Below, piece after piece: positions 34,886-48,466 of a stretch of 64,000 nt of DNA. The number at the start of each line of letters is the position of its first letter. Positions within the stretch are counted from its first letter, which is position 1. A program made the translations under genes and the position numbers. The DNA is from Orbicella franksi (lineage: Eukaryota), in the NCBI GenBank assembly GCA_964199315.1, contig OZ116706.1:31124001-31188000 (forward strand), given 5' to 3'. Under the pieces are notes generated by a model. The model was not told the DNA's origin, ran no database searches, and worked only from the letters and a program-made list of their open reading frames with translations.

Positions 34886-37800
34886 ATGGCGCGCGGGTTG
34901 AAACCGTGGTATCAGTCGAAGACTTTGACCATTTTGGTGATCCTCTGGGCTCTTTTCACCGCTTGTTTGGGGATAATGATTGTAGTCATCTTTGTACAAC
35001 CTCACTGGATCAGCGGAGAGAATCCAGCTACTGAAAAGAACGTAAATTTCGGCCTGTACCGTAACTGCTCGGACAATTTAAATGACTGTTCCGGGAGCCT
35101 GAACGAATTCAACAACATTTACTCGACCGCTTGGAAAGCATGCACCGTTTTCGTGGCCCTGGCATTTACCTCGACCTTTATTTCGGTAGCAATGATGTTG
35201 TTGTATTGGTTGTGTTGTTTCGAGTCGACAGGCATTGGATTTCGAACCAGCAGTGGACTTCAAGCCTCTGCAGGTTTGTGCTACTTACGATACTGATTAT
35301 TTCTGGGTCGTGGTTTTTCGACTCTTTACTCATTACTCTTTATATGATATGTAATGCAAGGTTGCAGAGAGGTTAAATAATCTTTTGTTTAATTGATGGT
35401 TTTGCTCCACGCTCAATAAAATTCTATTAAGTAGTACCTCTTAATTAAACGGGCTTTCAAGTTATAAATTATGTCATATATTTGGAGAGGAACGAGAAAA
35501 AAGATTAGCTTGGCTGTTCTTATTAAGCAAGTAAATACTCCGGCGAAAAACTGACTAGCTAGCGATCCGGTAGGCTATTTCCTACTTGACGATTGCTCTC
35601 ATTGCATTTGTTTAAATTAATCGCGCTGTGTTAGTCCAACAGGTTGCAAAATTATTTCCGTTGTAAACATGTTTATCACTTTGTAAGAGAATAATCACCT
35701 CGACCTTTAGAGTCTTGTCAGAAGATTAACAGAAAAGAAAACTAACGTATCGTTAGTTAGCTAAACGAAGTTGCGTTTAATCTGACACAGTCAGGAAGTG
35801 AAATTTTATAAGATTGGCCTCGGTTCAAATGGAAGGCAACAAGTTATGGTAAAGAAGTTTCCTTTTAAGTAGACTTTAACCCTCTCATTTCTTTCCCTGT
35901 ATTTTTTTTTAACAAACTCCTGAAAAGCTCTGTAGTTTTTCTCCTGGACTACGTGAAAAAGCTTTTAAATCCTCTCTACTTTTTGGAAGACTGCTTTCCG
36001 AATAAGAAGTTTAAGCTAAAAAGACGTCCGAAAAAGTAGATAGGGTTGACGTTATATTGTCAGCATTTTAACTCAAAGTCAGTTGTCTTCTGCGACTTTG
36101 ATAAATACTTGACTGATATCGGTCCTTTCCATCTTCACAAGAGCCAGATTCCACTGAATGATTAAAGTGCTCTTTCAACGGCAACAGAATATTTTGGCGA
36201 TGGCCAAGCAAAGTTCAGGCGGTAAAAAACAATTGAACAACGATACTTTTTATTCTTCTTGTTCAATTTATTGGAGATTAGATAAAATTCCGAAGAAAAT
36301 GTGGGCATATCGTGAATGAAGGGAAATGAAGACCCTAAAGGGATTAAGTGAGAGCTATATTGCACGATTTCTCACGAGTAGCTTATACTGAAATATTGGC
36401 CTTCATTGCACACCATTCACGCATGGTTGTGTCTTTTCTTGAATTATCTTTACCTCTTGGACATCTTAATGCCACAAAATGGAAGTTCAAAGTTATGGAG
36501 GGCTACTTTGGGTTTGGCCTGCCGAAATTGTGTTGCCTTTGGCGATTTTACACGGTTTAATTGCGTCTTGATATTAGTTCACGGCATGTGAGTATCACCT
36601 ATTCACCTCATGAAAAAACGTAACACAGTTTATAGTTGAATATCTTGGTCGGTGATCACGGCAAGCGTCAAAACCGTGGGAACATTTTGAATGTGGGTTA
36701 TGGGTGAACGATTTCTTTTCACCGCTAATAATCTTTTAATTGTTTCCCATTTATTCGTGTGCTAGAGAGACCGCTAAAAGCCATTGATTTGTAGTTTTCA
36801 GCAACTCTATGACAAATATTATTAAATTACGGCAATATGGCGTTGGAAGTCAAGTATTCCCGATTCAAACAGTTTCAGAGGTTTTCTTTTTTTCAATTTT
36901 CAATTAGTTTTTTTTAAAGTTAATTGTTTACAGCGTTAACCTACTAGCACGCTTCTAAAGTAAAACTCTTGTGTCTTATATTGGATTGCTGAACCCGAGT
37001 TGCGGGGGGGGGGGGGGGGGGGGAGGGGGAGGAAGAGGGTGCCATTAGCCAACCGAAAAACGCTTTGCAGTTATCACTTAGCCGATAGATGTGGTGCATT
37101 ACAGCACTTAATATGACAAGGCACACCTCTCATGACATAGTCATTGAATCTCCCTTGCTCTGGAAATTTCACCTCTTAAACAACTCTTCTTGTGTTATTT
37201 TGTCTGCCAAGATATATAATTTGAAATGACAAAAATATAAGGACAAATAATTGGCGGGCTTTCTTCTTTTCACGATTTACAGACCTACAGATACTCCTGG
37301 GTTCAAAGTATTTACTAGACTATTGTATATTCTTACTCCCCACTTTCTTAGTTACCTATTCAGTTTTTCTTTACATGTAAGTTGACCCTCCTGTAAATCA
37401 CGTTTGGTCAAGATGAGCTTTACCTACTTATGAGAAAAAGTAGTTATTCATAATCACTTGCAGTTAAAATGATCTGTTAATAAATTATCTACTGCTAACG
37501 CACGGAAACCGTTAAGGATTATTTTTCAGTCGATACGAGTCTCGAAAAGTAAAAGTTCATTATTTTTGCATTACAGGTTTGTGCATGTTAATTACGTGTC
37601 TTGTACACCCTGTTGGATGGGACACTCCAGAAGTCCAGGCAATCTGTGGCCCCGAAGCTGGTGTTTACAAAATAGGAAACTGCAAAGTGAATTGGGCCTA
37701 CTGGATCGCAGTTATTTGTATGGCTGATGCGTTTGTGCTTAGCTACCTCTCCCTCATGTTCATCGAGCGGGAGATTGGGACCCCAGCTGTTACAAGCAGA

Positions 37801-37893
37801 AAGCGATCAAGTGCAGCAAGTGCCGATGACGGCTTCCGAGGAAGGAGAATGGCGTCGAATGGTTACTATGAACAAGACACGACAACACTGTGA
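34886..37893 (+). CDS. LHFPL/TMHS-family tetraspan membrane protein, 234 aa
   Basis: join(34886..35273,37577..37893), 705 nt. Four hydrophobic segments; family motifs VQPHW, FGLYRNC, QASAGLC, HPVGWDTPEVQAICG, YKIGNCKVNWAYW. The specific paralog cannot be assigned by eye. Confidence 0.88.
37272..37317 (+). mobile_element. Penelope-like element terminal fragment
   Basis: gatactcctgggttcaaagtatttacta resembles the tail of the PLE family seen at 11670-11830 (from recalled consensus). Confidence 0.35.
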
Positions 37894-40369
37894 CGAGGGA
37901 AGACATGGGACAATATTCAACACAGTTTTTCTTTATCCTTGCTGTTAGTATGGTCTATTAAGAGCAAGTAGCCGCCACAATGGTCTTAATATTGTAACGC
38001 AAATAAGTCAAGCAGTCTGCAAAGGAGTAAACTTCAGCAAGATGACAATTCATGGAGAAACGTATCCGTCTAAATATCCAAGCAGCAAATTTATCTAAAA
38101 CGCCAAAAGTAGCTATTAAGATTCGGAATAGTTTCTTCTGCAATACTCTCAGCATAGTATTTAGGAGAGACTCATAAAGAAATCAGTCAATTGAGATTTT
38201 AGCTCTTTGCTTAATCAATAGAATGAAGTATTTTAGTCCTGAGATAAAGTTTTTTCTATACCTATACAGTGTGGATGCCGTTTAGAATTTGTAAAATAAC
38301 GGCACTTTTTATGTAACTACATCTACTTGAATGTATCTCTTGTTGTGTGTGAAAGATAGTAATTGTAAAAAAGAGTCAGAATTTTTTTATTTGTCTGTTT
38401 TTTCGATGTTAGCTTCTAGAACTTATTTGCATATCAGTTAATATATACAACGCTTGTATTAAACATGTAAAGTTAAACATTCTAATACCAATGATTAATT
38501 ATGAGTTTATGGTGTAAAGATTCTATAGAAGGAATAGTCGCGATTTATTAATGAAGTGGGTCTAGTAAGTTAGTTTTGTATACAAACCAAATCTGCGAGC
38601 AGAAACATTTCATAAGGTCGAGGGAGGGAAAATATAACTTCTGAAATTGCGTATTTTCTCATTCAACTCACCAGTTGCTAACGAACTACAGAATTATGGA
38701 TCCAGCATAAACTGATCATTGTTTCTTATATATGATTATAAACTACACTGTAACTGATACATGGGGCTTCCGTGGAATGCGCTTTTCTCTCTCAACCGAC
38801 TCACTGCTGTGCTGCGACAAATAGTGGGGGATTACGTCATCGATTGTAGAGGCAAACCGAATGTAAGACTAAAGCATTCTCGTTCGCTTCGTAAATAAGC
38901 GGTTTAGTAGAAAAAGAAAACAGTTTTCTTGTCAAACTTCGAGCTCTTTCTACATTTTATTGCAGGTATTGAATAACATTGTAAAGTACCATAAACTATA
39001 GTTTGGAGAGGCTTGGTGAATTTTTAATTTAAACATTTTAGAGTGGATCTGCTAGGTGTAAAACAAATACTTAAAATATATAGTGATGATAATGAAAAAT
39101 AAAGACGTACAAATGTTGGCAAGGTTGTTTTTTCTCACTTCAGTTGGCAAAATTCTTTATTAAGCAGCCCTCAGGCGAGGTTCCACAGTTTAACGGAAAT
39201 CAGTCAGATTTTTCAGAATGACTCAGAAACCCAGGGAAGGGGACTTTTGGGAGTTAAAATCCAAAACAACTCCTATGGAGCACCTTCGGCGCTCATTGTT
39301 TCGGAAATTGGTCACCGTTTATCCTAGATCTGCGCCTGTCCCTCATCTATGAAATAAGAGTCCCTTTATAATAATCCCCCGTAAGAGATACTTATAAATG
39401 ATCAAAGTAACATGCGAGAATTGATGGTATTTGTTTTGTCAAATTCGAGAATTTTTGGAATGTTACTGAAGCTCATCAAGGAGGTGAAAAGAAACACATA
39501 ATTCGAAACTTCATTTTCAAATGTGCTTCGATGGTTTAAATGTATTTTCTATTCTAAACGGTCACTTCTGAAAATGTATGTCGAAACATACGAAACGTTT
39601 TGTTTTCCAAGATGCGTTTTATTGTTATGTTTGTCACCGCATGCAGTTTGTGTGTAATTTCTTATGAACTGCACTACATCTGACGGTATGTTATAGAATT
39701 TTATTAAACAGGTGTTGGGGATTTTCGCTCCGGTCCTAGCTCTTAATCTTTCTGACCCTAACCCTCATAGGAAAGGAAAGCTAAATCTCTGCAGCTGTGT
39801 TTGGAGCAGGAAGTGTTTCCTTATGACTAAGAGGGCTCATATGGACTATGTGTGCAGAAAGATGGCCACTAGAGTTTGTATTCTGGGTCGTGTTAGAGGT
39901 TTCTTGACAAAAGAGACATCAAGATACTTGTTTTAACACAATAAGTCTTCAATTACTTGACGAATATTGTGGCTTTGCATGGAACAGGTCTGCTACAACA
40001 AGACCAGTATATAGACTACAGCGCCTACAAATTAGACTGCACTGATGCAATGGGATATTTCCGCTGGATACTGGCCCGTGAGCTGAATGGACCTTCCTGT
40101 TAATATAAAGTTTTACTTTATTTGACTTGACTTTACTTTTGGATCACGATGGCGAGATATACGTACATCGAAGCTGTCAGTAGTGTTTGATCATTGTCCT
40201 TTCATCAGGCAATTGTGGGTAATTCTGATTACTTTGCAATTCTTTGTTTATTGTTAACAAGTCGACCGGTGATCCAGACCATTTCTAAACTCTTCAGCGT
40301 AGACCATATATTGTGAGTCAACGGACACTTCTTAAGCTCTTCATAGCTCATCATTTCACTGACGCTATA

Positions 40370-43300
40370 TCACACTACAGTGAGTAGTTCTGTGTATTCC
40401 AGCTCTTCATGTTCGTTTGTCACGGGCTTCTTTATTGTGGCTTTATTAAAAGGACGATTACTCTTGAATTCAAAGGCATCTCCTTCTTCTAAAAGAAAGC
40501 AATATCGCGAGGCCTCGGAATTTCTCAAAGGCGGCACATAAAAAGCACCCGATCCCTTTTCTAGTTCCGTCGTTTTCCGCTCGCTGCTCCAAAGATCTTC
40601 TTCGGGTATTTCAGATGCACGCAGGGAAGGGTCTCTCTGCTCCGGTTCTACATCCGTTGGGACAGGGAGCTCCTGGTATTGGCGGACCTTAGGAACCTCT
40701 GTGTCATTGCGTTTGAAGCGCTTTCGACAAAGAATGATAGCTATTATGATGATAAGGAGTAAGCTGACGAGAACTCCGATGGCAATGTACCGCTTTGATG
40801 TTGAACCTACAAGGACAAACTAGTTATATATTGATCAATTCTTTAACTCTAATTAATATAAAGGACAATGCCTAGGAGATTTATATTTGAAACAGATGTT
40901 TCTCTTACTTGTTTGTGAAACCGAAGATATTTTGCTCGAAATAAATGCTGTAAAAACTCTCAAAATGTCATTACTAAATAAGATAAACGGAAGAATAACT
41001 ATAAATAGTTCACGGCGGCTTTTCGTAGAGCACGACATTGAGAGACTTACCTCCTGCAACAATTTTGCACTTGTGTATTGTTTATGCATGTGGCGGCAAT
41101 ACAGAGTAATAGACCCATAATAGAGTAATAACACAAATGCTACAAAGTTTGATACGACGGTCAGACTCATGCAATCAATTTAAGTCTCGCAGAGTTTACA
41201 GCAAACATCTCTTACCACGAATAGGGAGAACTTTGATAGAAAATCCATTTTTCTCCACCTCCTTATCTGTGAGAAACCTTATCCACAGAACTGCAGTACT
41301 GGAACTGACAGTCGGAGGTTTGCTGTTGCCACATCGCTTGCTTATTTCTTTGGCTTCCTTGAACACTAAACCACCGTCTCTGTAAGCAGAGAAAGGAAGG
41401 AAGCTGGTCAGGTGATCGGATTCTTTGGAAGTCTTGCTCCCTATTGTTGTTGCCGTAGGCTTCTTGTGGTTCCAGTACAGGAGATAAAGAACGCGTCGGC
41501 TCAGATAATAGTGATAATATGCCATTCTTATTGACGCGTTTAAAACTTACATCTATTAATGTAACTAAGGGTTTCAAGAAAGCGGAGGCACAAACTGGTT
41601 CATATTTGCAGATAATGGGAGATAGCTAGGCTGGTTGGCAATTGTTCTTATTTAACAATATAGGTTAAAAGTAAAATATCTAAAAACGATGCGTGATTTA
41701 AGAGGATGCCATCGGAGGTTTCTTAGCGCGGGTTGGGAGTAATGAGATGTGTCCCATTGATTCTTGATCCCGGCTTCCTGATATAATACGATGAGCTAGC
41801 GCTGACAGCAGCAGGATTACTGCTCGGTTCTAACAGTCTGCGTTCCTGATAATAAATAGCTTCTCCTGCTGGGAGCACCAAACACAGATGTTGAAACGTA
41901 TGCCAGGGAACTTTCGCGTAACTGTTCTTGGCAAGAGAAAACTGTGGAGACCCTCAGCTCGAGATTTAGGTTTCATAATGGACGCAAAATTGAGTTACGA
42001 CGAGCATTTCACACAGACATTTTAAAAACGTGAATGTAGTATATGGCAAATTAAGCACATCGTAGATAGCCTGGATGGTTCCAAGGACTTCTCTACCAGG
42101 AATGCTTTGCTAATTTTTGAACATCAATCAATCGATAGATCGAGATCGATCGATCGATTGATTGATCGATTTAAAGAGGGTGGCACATAATAGTTTGTAC
42201 GACTAATTAACCTGTGGCCCTCTAAATAAAGAACAATTAAAAATCAATAAAAACCCTAATTAGCCTAAAACCTAATTAAACATCGAAACGTATACAAGGA
42301 CATAATTTAAAAACGTCTTCCAGCACCTGAAAGAATCAGAAATGCGCTAAGGTCCATGTTCAATCATCCACACCACTCCCACCCCCACCCCCACCCCCAC
42401 GTCTTTCCTACTTAAAATCAAGGAGGACATTAAAGAAGCAAAGTAATCATGGTATTTTGTCGATTTCTTTTGATTTCCAAAGTCAGCTTTTCGGCAGTAT
42501 TGTGTTTCACTGGCTCATTTCTATGTTGTAGGTGTAGGCACGGGTCTCTTAGAGGAGAACTGACTTAATTGACAGCAAAAATATTCAATTTTGTTCAAGC
42601 AATGTGTAGAATATAGCTTAGAACGGTTTCTTGTTGCGTCCCTGTTTCTGGTTTTCTTTTCACTGTACTCACCGCACACTAACATAGTCGTGGCAACCAG
42701 ACTCCAAGTAATTGTTCTCCAGGTCAAATTCCAGAAAAGAGAGTTTGACTTGGTAACCAATCGGAGCCACTATCCTCCATGTACATTGTATGTTCTGGGG
42801 GTAAGGCTTGGGGAAGTTTGGACTGCTGAGTGTTACACTTGTTCTTGAGTTTTTGATTGGCACTTCGCGATAAATATCTTCTGTGTGATTTCCACGGGTA
42901 GTACATGCTGTTAGACCAAAAAAGCAAAGTACGATGATCAATTTCTAATGTGGGAGCTCTCTCGTCGTACTCTAAGCAATACTTCAACTTGAAAAGCAAA
43001 ACGAGACTATGGTGTTCACAGGCAAACTACATTCGCGGTTTAGTTTAAGGCTATCTTACACCTTCTGGTACCATTTTGTCTCTTGTTTTTAAGCTTTTAT
43101 GGGTTTCGACATAGAGATTTCCATTATCGGTACGTGATAACTGTAGGACCAAGGTCACTTCCTTGTTCCATTAAACGCTCCCATTAGTTAAGTTTAAATT
43201 TGCCTGGTGGATACAGCGTTTATTTGACTCCTAAAGCCTTTGCATATTACACAATGGGTCTTAGACATTGTTTTTGACAGGCATATTCCTTGTTATTACA

Positions 43301-45416
43301 CCGGCCGAAAGCTTGGTATACCTTAAGAAGTTTATTTACAATTATACATTGGAGACCTGGTGTTTATTTGAGACTCAGCGTTTAAACAAGAAAATTGGCT
43401 ACTTGAGAGTGTGAAAGGGATGAGTTGAATACTTTAAAAAAAAAAAACTTAAAGAGCCACAAAATTGCCGTGATTCAACCTCCCCCCAAAATAATTATAT
43501 AAGCCAAAAAAATACTCCAACTTTCTTAACTCAAAAGAATTTTCCATCGTTTATAGACAATCACCAAATACTTTTTAGAACATAAGTCACTGGAATAAAA
43601 ACGGAAAACGCCATTGGCTCTTCATATACTGCAGTTAATGATAGCATAGCCCGAATATCCCTTATTTGTATCCTTGATCATACCTCTCGCCTCCCCTAAT
43701 CGAGACTTCAGCTATGGATTAATTAGTTATCAGTGGAAAAGTTGCTGGCAGTTAAGGAATACATGCGAAAACTGCTTAGAGTATCGTTAAAATTCCTCTT
43801 GAGATAAAGAAAACAGTGTGTCAATTGGCCTACCTGTAAACTGGGCGCTACTTAAAGCAAGTTTCGCCAAACCTGCAACCAGTTAAAGAATGAGATATTT
43901 CAGCATTTCACCTTCTCTTTAACACGTTGCGCAAATGATAGAAGCCAAATCGTAGGCTTCCCGGGCCTTCACTGATTTTGGTGTTATTATATAAACATCA
44001 CTCGCTTTCCAGAATTCAATTAAGAGCCAGGAAAAAACGATGGGAAAATATGACTTCTATCTCTTCTTTTTCTGTATTTTTATTTTAATTTCCTAAATTG
44101 GGGTAATGTTGGGTTGAATGTTACACGAGCATGGCAAGTGTAATATTTGTATTTTATGATGATCAAGATCTCTGAGGGGCCACAGTTTGGAACTGAGGTT
44201 CACTTGGTAATAATTAAAAATTAGATTACGAGCTCGAGATTTCTATGAGGTGATAGTTGATGAGGCCGAAGGCCAAATCAACTATCATTTCATAGAAATC
44301 GAGAGCGAATAATCTAATTGTTTTAGTAGAATTCTACCTGAAATTTCCTTGAAATAACGATTTCAATTATATCTGGTCTCAGCATTTGACTTCACGCTTT
44401 AGAAAATTCGCGCAGACTGAATTGTCGATTGACATTTGCAGTTGTGTACGCGCGCTTACCAATTTCTTTCAAACATTTCGAGCTTTTTTGATTAAAGAAA
44501 CCGCAAATGCCCTCCTCTCAGTCTTCTAAGGAATTTGATTATCGATTTACTTATGAATGTTATTTCAAAACTTCGGAGAAACGAGTAAACGTTGCAATTT
44601 TGTCGACCACACCAAGCCATTGCCCACTCATCTTTCCCACTAATTGCTGATAGTGTGCAATGGCTCAACCAATCAGATTACAGCATTTACATTAGTATAC
44701 TATTTAGATCAAAATTTCGAGGTGCTATTCGTGAGATCAAGAGGAAGTTACATTAATTGTATCGAGACTTATTGATCTCGGTTTGACTGATGTATCGAAA
44801 CTTATTGATCTCTGTTTGGCCGATGTAATAAATTACAAAGTTTCTTGTAACAGTTTGCTTGCAGTTTTCTGTAGACCAAATATGTGTACCTACATGAGAT
44901 ATATTTGGAGCTGGCCTCAAAATTATCCAATGTATATGTTTAAAATTTTCTTTGAAATTTGGATGCAAAAAGAACTGGAAAATGTTATAAATTCTGCATA
45001 CTAATCAGGCAGCTAGCGACATTGACAACTTCAAATTAACTTAACACTTAATTCTACATTCAATATCTCCAGTGAGCAATGTAAGCTTTCAAAATTAAAC
45101 GTTCTTCCCTATAGAAAATGGAGACCATATCGAAAACTGGACTTAAAAAAATATTGACAATCATGCTCAGTTAAAATGTTTGGAATCCGATTTTAGCTAA
45201 AGTGAAAAAAATATAATATAGCAAACTTTTATGAGTATAAAAATCTGTCATTCATATCCAGCAAAGTCTGGTATTTCTGAAATTTCCCTTCACATTTCAA
45301 AATTGTTACATGTAATTCAAATCAATTACGGCTCTTTCACACTTACCGTACGCTAGAAAGACCAAGACTCGAGTTTTGAAATTAAATCGTCGACGCGGAT
45401 TTGCTTGTCCCTCCAT
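40370..45416 (-). CDS. Single-CUB-domain type I transmembrane protein, 314 aa
   Basis: complement(join(40370..40806,41216..41379,42673..42907,43834..43872,45347..45416)), 945 nt, GT-AG, phases consistent. Signal-like RVLVFLAYGLAKLALSSA; CUB domain (LSSPNFPKPYPQNIQCTWRI...LSFLEFDLE...CHDYVSVRDG...RCG...LWIRFLTD...GF); TM YIAIGVLVSLLLIIIIAIILC followed by RKRFKR; tail with YQEL and LEYTEL. Confidence 0.82.
41845..42030 (+). mobile_element. CR1/L2-clade LINE reverse transcriptase C-terminal remnant
   Basis: Frameshifted PDNK*LLLLG / FRVTVLGK...SARDLGFIMDAKLSYDEH matches the NPDKTKLL...SARDLGV.LD..L.FDEH pattern. Confidence 0.65.
44212..44705. mobile_element. Non-autonomous interspersed repeat with palindromic head centred on GGCCGAAGGCC
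   Basis: Hairpin aattagattacgagctcgagatttctatg...gatagttgat / atcaactatc...catagaaatcgagagcgaataatctaatt (44215-44325). The right boundary is approximate. Confidence 0.5.
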
Positions 45417-47229
45417 CGGTTCGATCCTTGTCTATCACCGTAAACTTGTTAGATTAATTATCGCTGTATTTTAGCCAGAAAGTGTTTGACACGTCCTAGA
45501 CAAGGTGATAATCAATATTTTCGTCGCGAAGTTCCTCTAATTTACTGCAAGAATATCTTCATTTTCCGTCCTACCACGCAGCGGTAAAGGTTGAAACAAT
45601 TACCGATCGAGATCAATAACCCTCTTTGGTTTATCTTAACAATCCCAAGCCTCGCTGGCGGCGGACAGTTGTTTTTGGCAATTTACAACAAAGCCATTTC
45701 AAGTCTAACAAAAGAATAGATTGATCAATAAGTGACGCACGTCAAGAAATTAAGCAAACCGGAGCAAATAAAGTATAGTTGGCGTAATTTAATGGTTTTC
45801 TCCAAAACAACCATGCAATTTTCTTGAGAAGTTAGGAATCGGAGTTCAAGGAAAAATTGTTTAACGGACAATATTTGTAGCTAATCTAAAGCGTAGGAAT
45901 GAATTTTGTAATCCATTTGTATTCATGGAATTCTATTTTTCACTTGTTTCCATCCAAGATATGTAAAAACAACGATGGTACGTTTCAGTGGTTCACGAAT
46001 TGGCTCTTTTGTTCTTATTTTCCTTTCTTTCATAACTAATCTTTCTTATTGTGCGAATGAAACGAAATCAAATTAAAATTCACAGCTTCTTTTTCTAAGC
46101 CTGATTCAAGGTGTTAAAAACAATTTGGATGGGAAAACAATATATCATATTTTGTGGTAAAAGTAAACGTTTGTGTCTATCGAGCTTCAAGAATCAACTG
46201 GAATAGAATAGGGATAAAATATACCTAAGTTTGCCAAAAAAGGAATTGTGGAGGTAATAAAAAATATTGTACTAAATCTTCGGTATCTACCTTATAGGCT
46301 TGTTTCCGTTTAACACCTCTATGACTGCTGTTTACTATGCAAAAACAATATTTTATAAAGCCGATTTTATTAAAATTCTTACTATTTCGCGAGGTAAGCA
46401 GTCGTCTTGATACTGCAAGTGTAACTAAACACTCGTGCATTTAAGTTATGTTTTTCATGTTACTGTGAGTCACCTCAAAATTCTGTTCATTTTTATTTTT
46501 ATTTCTTTTTTAGTTTTAATCTTCTTAAAATAGCCCGAGAGTTGTCGAAAAATAAAATATTGATCTGCAACTGTAGCCAGCTGTTTAAGACGAGAAATAC
46601 ACTGTTTGCAAACATTGGCGCCAATAACTAATTCATGTCGTTCACTGCTGTCTGTAAAATCGTTCGCTAGAGTCAAAATCGTGATAAAGTACATGTAATA
46701 TTTCAAAATCGCAGTACTGATCTCATGTGCGCCATCGAATCTAGGCAGAGGAAAAAGACTCGCCTCTTCTTTTAGTTAAAAAACAGAATGATAGTAATAG
46801 CATTTTTATCCCATCGGGATATTAAATCGATTATAGTTCAGTGCACCTGTTATGGTCTCGGTTCCAGTGTTCTCGCAGAAAATAATCATTGACTAAGATA
46901 AAGGTCATCTCTCATCGAGATCAACATATTTAGCGAGAAGCCTTAGTAGCTAAAATGGTAAGAAACGTTAAAGGGATAATGTCATAAATTGCACATGTGC
47001 CGGGCGGAACTTGGAACCTCTTGGAAAGTTCAGTCCAAAATTTTTCAACTTTGAATTTCACAAATTCAAAATCGCATCGACCAGTGGCACTTAGCATTCA
47101 AATAGTGTATTTAATTTAAAAATCTGTGGAGATGTACTGGAGAAAGGTGTGTGGATCCTGTTGCAATTCGACATAACTAGAATGCAATATGGAGAGATTT
47201 GCCATAATGGCAAATATGGCATATCAGCC

Positions 47230-48037
47230 CGGTCTCGGCTTCTTTACAGTGCCTCAATAAATCTAAAAAGGCCTAAATTTTGGCCACCATGCACATAACC
47301 AAGCTTTCGATTAGTTTTCGCTTGTCAATTTTACTAAAGGACAAAGTCTTCACGAGTTAGTTTTAAGTCCCTGGGACTCGGAAATATCGTCCAAGTTCTT
47401 GGAAATCAAGTCTAAGTAGGACAAAATCTAAGTTTTCGTAGCCCAGTTCAGTTCTTCTTCTATCCATTGTCAGAGAAAGTCCAACAAGGGCTATATTTCG
47501 GGCCACCATCCTTATAACCAGGCTTTCTATTAGTTTTCCTCTGTCGATTTCACTGAAGGAGCAGGTCTTCGTGAGTTAGTTTGAATGCCCTGGGACTCGG
47601 AAATATCGTCTAAGGTCTTGGAAATCAAGCCTAATTAGGTCAAAATCAAAGTTTGCGCTGCCTGGTGTCTGCTTCTTTCCACTGTCTGAGTAAGTCCAAT
47701 AGGGGCAATATTTCGGCCACCAAGCACATAACCAAGCTTTCGTTTATTTTTTCGTTGTCGATTTCACTGAAGGAGAGGTCTTGGCGGGTTAGTTTAAAGT
47801 CCCTGGGACTCGGAAATATCGTCGAAGCTCTTGGAAATAAAGCCTAAGTAGGTGGAAATCAAAGTTGGTGCAGCCCGGTCTCTACTGTCTCTACTCAGAC
47901 GGTGGAAAGAAGCAGACACAGGGCTGCGGAAACTTTGATTTTATGGTACCTCGACTTGATTTTCAAGGGCTTGGACGATATTTCCGAGTCCCAGGAAATT
48001 TAAACTAACTTGAGAAGACCTTCTCCTTCTGTGAAAT
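47230..48037. repeat. Satellite family A, diverged copies (+ 47230-47885, inverted 47896-48037)
   Basis: Units containing gtccctgggactcggaaatatcgtccaagttcttggaaatcaag; the reverse-complement copy starts at 47896. Confidence 0.8.
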
Positions 48038-48047
48038 AAGAGACCTT

Positions 48048-48466
48048 TATGAATTCAGTTAAATGGCCTTGCTCTCTATGAGTTCTCGTAGCTCAGTGGA
48101 TAGAGCACCCGCCCGGTGTTCGGGAGGTCATGGGTTCGATTCCTGTCGGGGACTCACAATTTTTCTTTGTCCCACTCTCTTGTCATGTTGATTAATTCAC
48201 CTTCACATTTCATTACCGAGCTTAAAATTCACCATCTTTATTAACTTATCACTACTGACGATGACTTCGATAGCGTTGATCCTAGCAGTATGCATGACAC
48301 CTGTCATATATGAACTCAGTGAAATGGCCTTGCTCTCCATGAGTTCTCGTAGCTCAGTGGATAGAGCGCCTGGCCGATGTTCGGGAGGTCATGGGTTCGA
48401 TTCCTGTCGGGGACTCAGAATTTTTCTTTGTCCCACGCTCGTGTCATGTTGATTAATTCACCTTCA
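48048..48466 (+). mobile_element. Tandem dimer of tRNA-derived SINE-like unit (period 261 bp)
   Basis: Two copies of tagctcagtgg...ggttcgattcc (A box at 48089 and 48350) with a shared non-tRNA tail. Confidence 0.75.

Noticed and set aside
36348-36591. Extra LHFPL exon or nested gene in the intron
   Set aside because: The two-exon model already gives a complete in-phase protein, and these ORFs have no recognisable motif.
48085-48415. tRNA genes (also at ~8805, ~18962, ~23950, ~60840)
   Set aside because: A and B boxes are present, but there is no proper acceptor or anticodon stem, and each is followed by a shared non-tRNA tail, so they are SINE heads.
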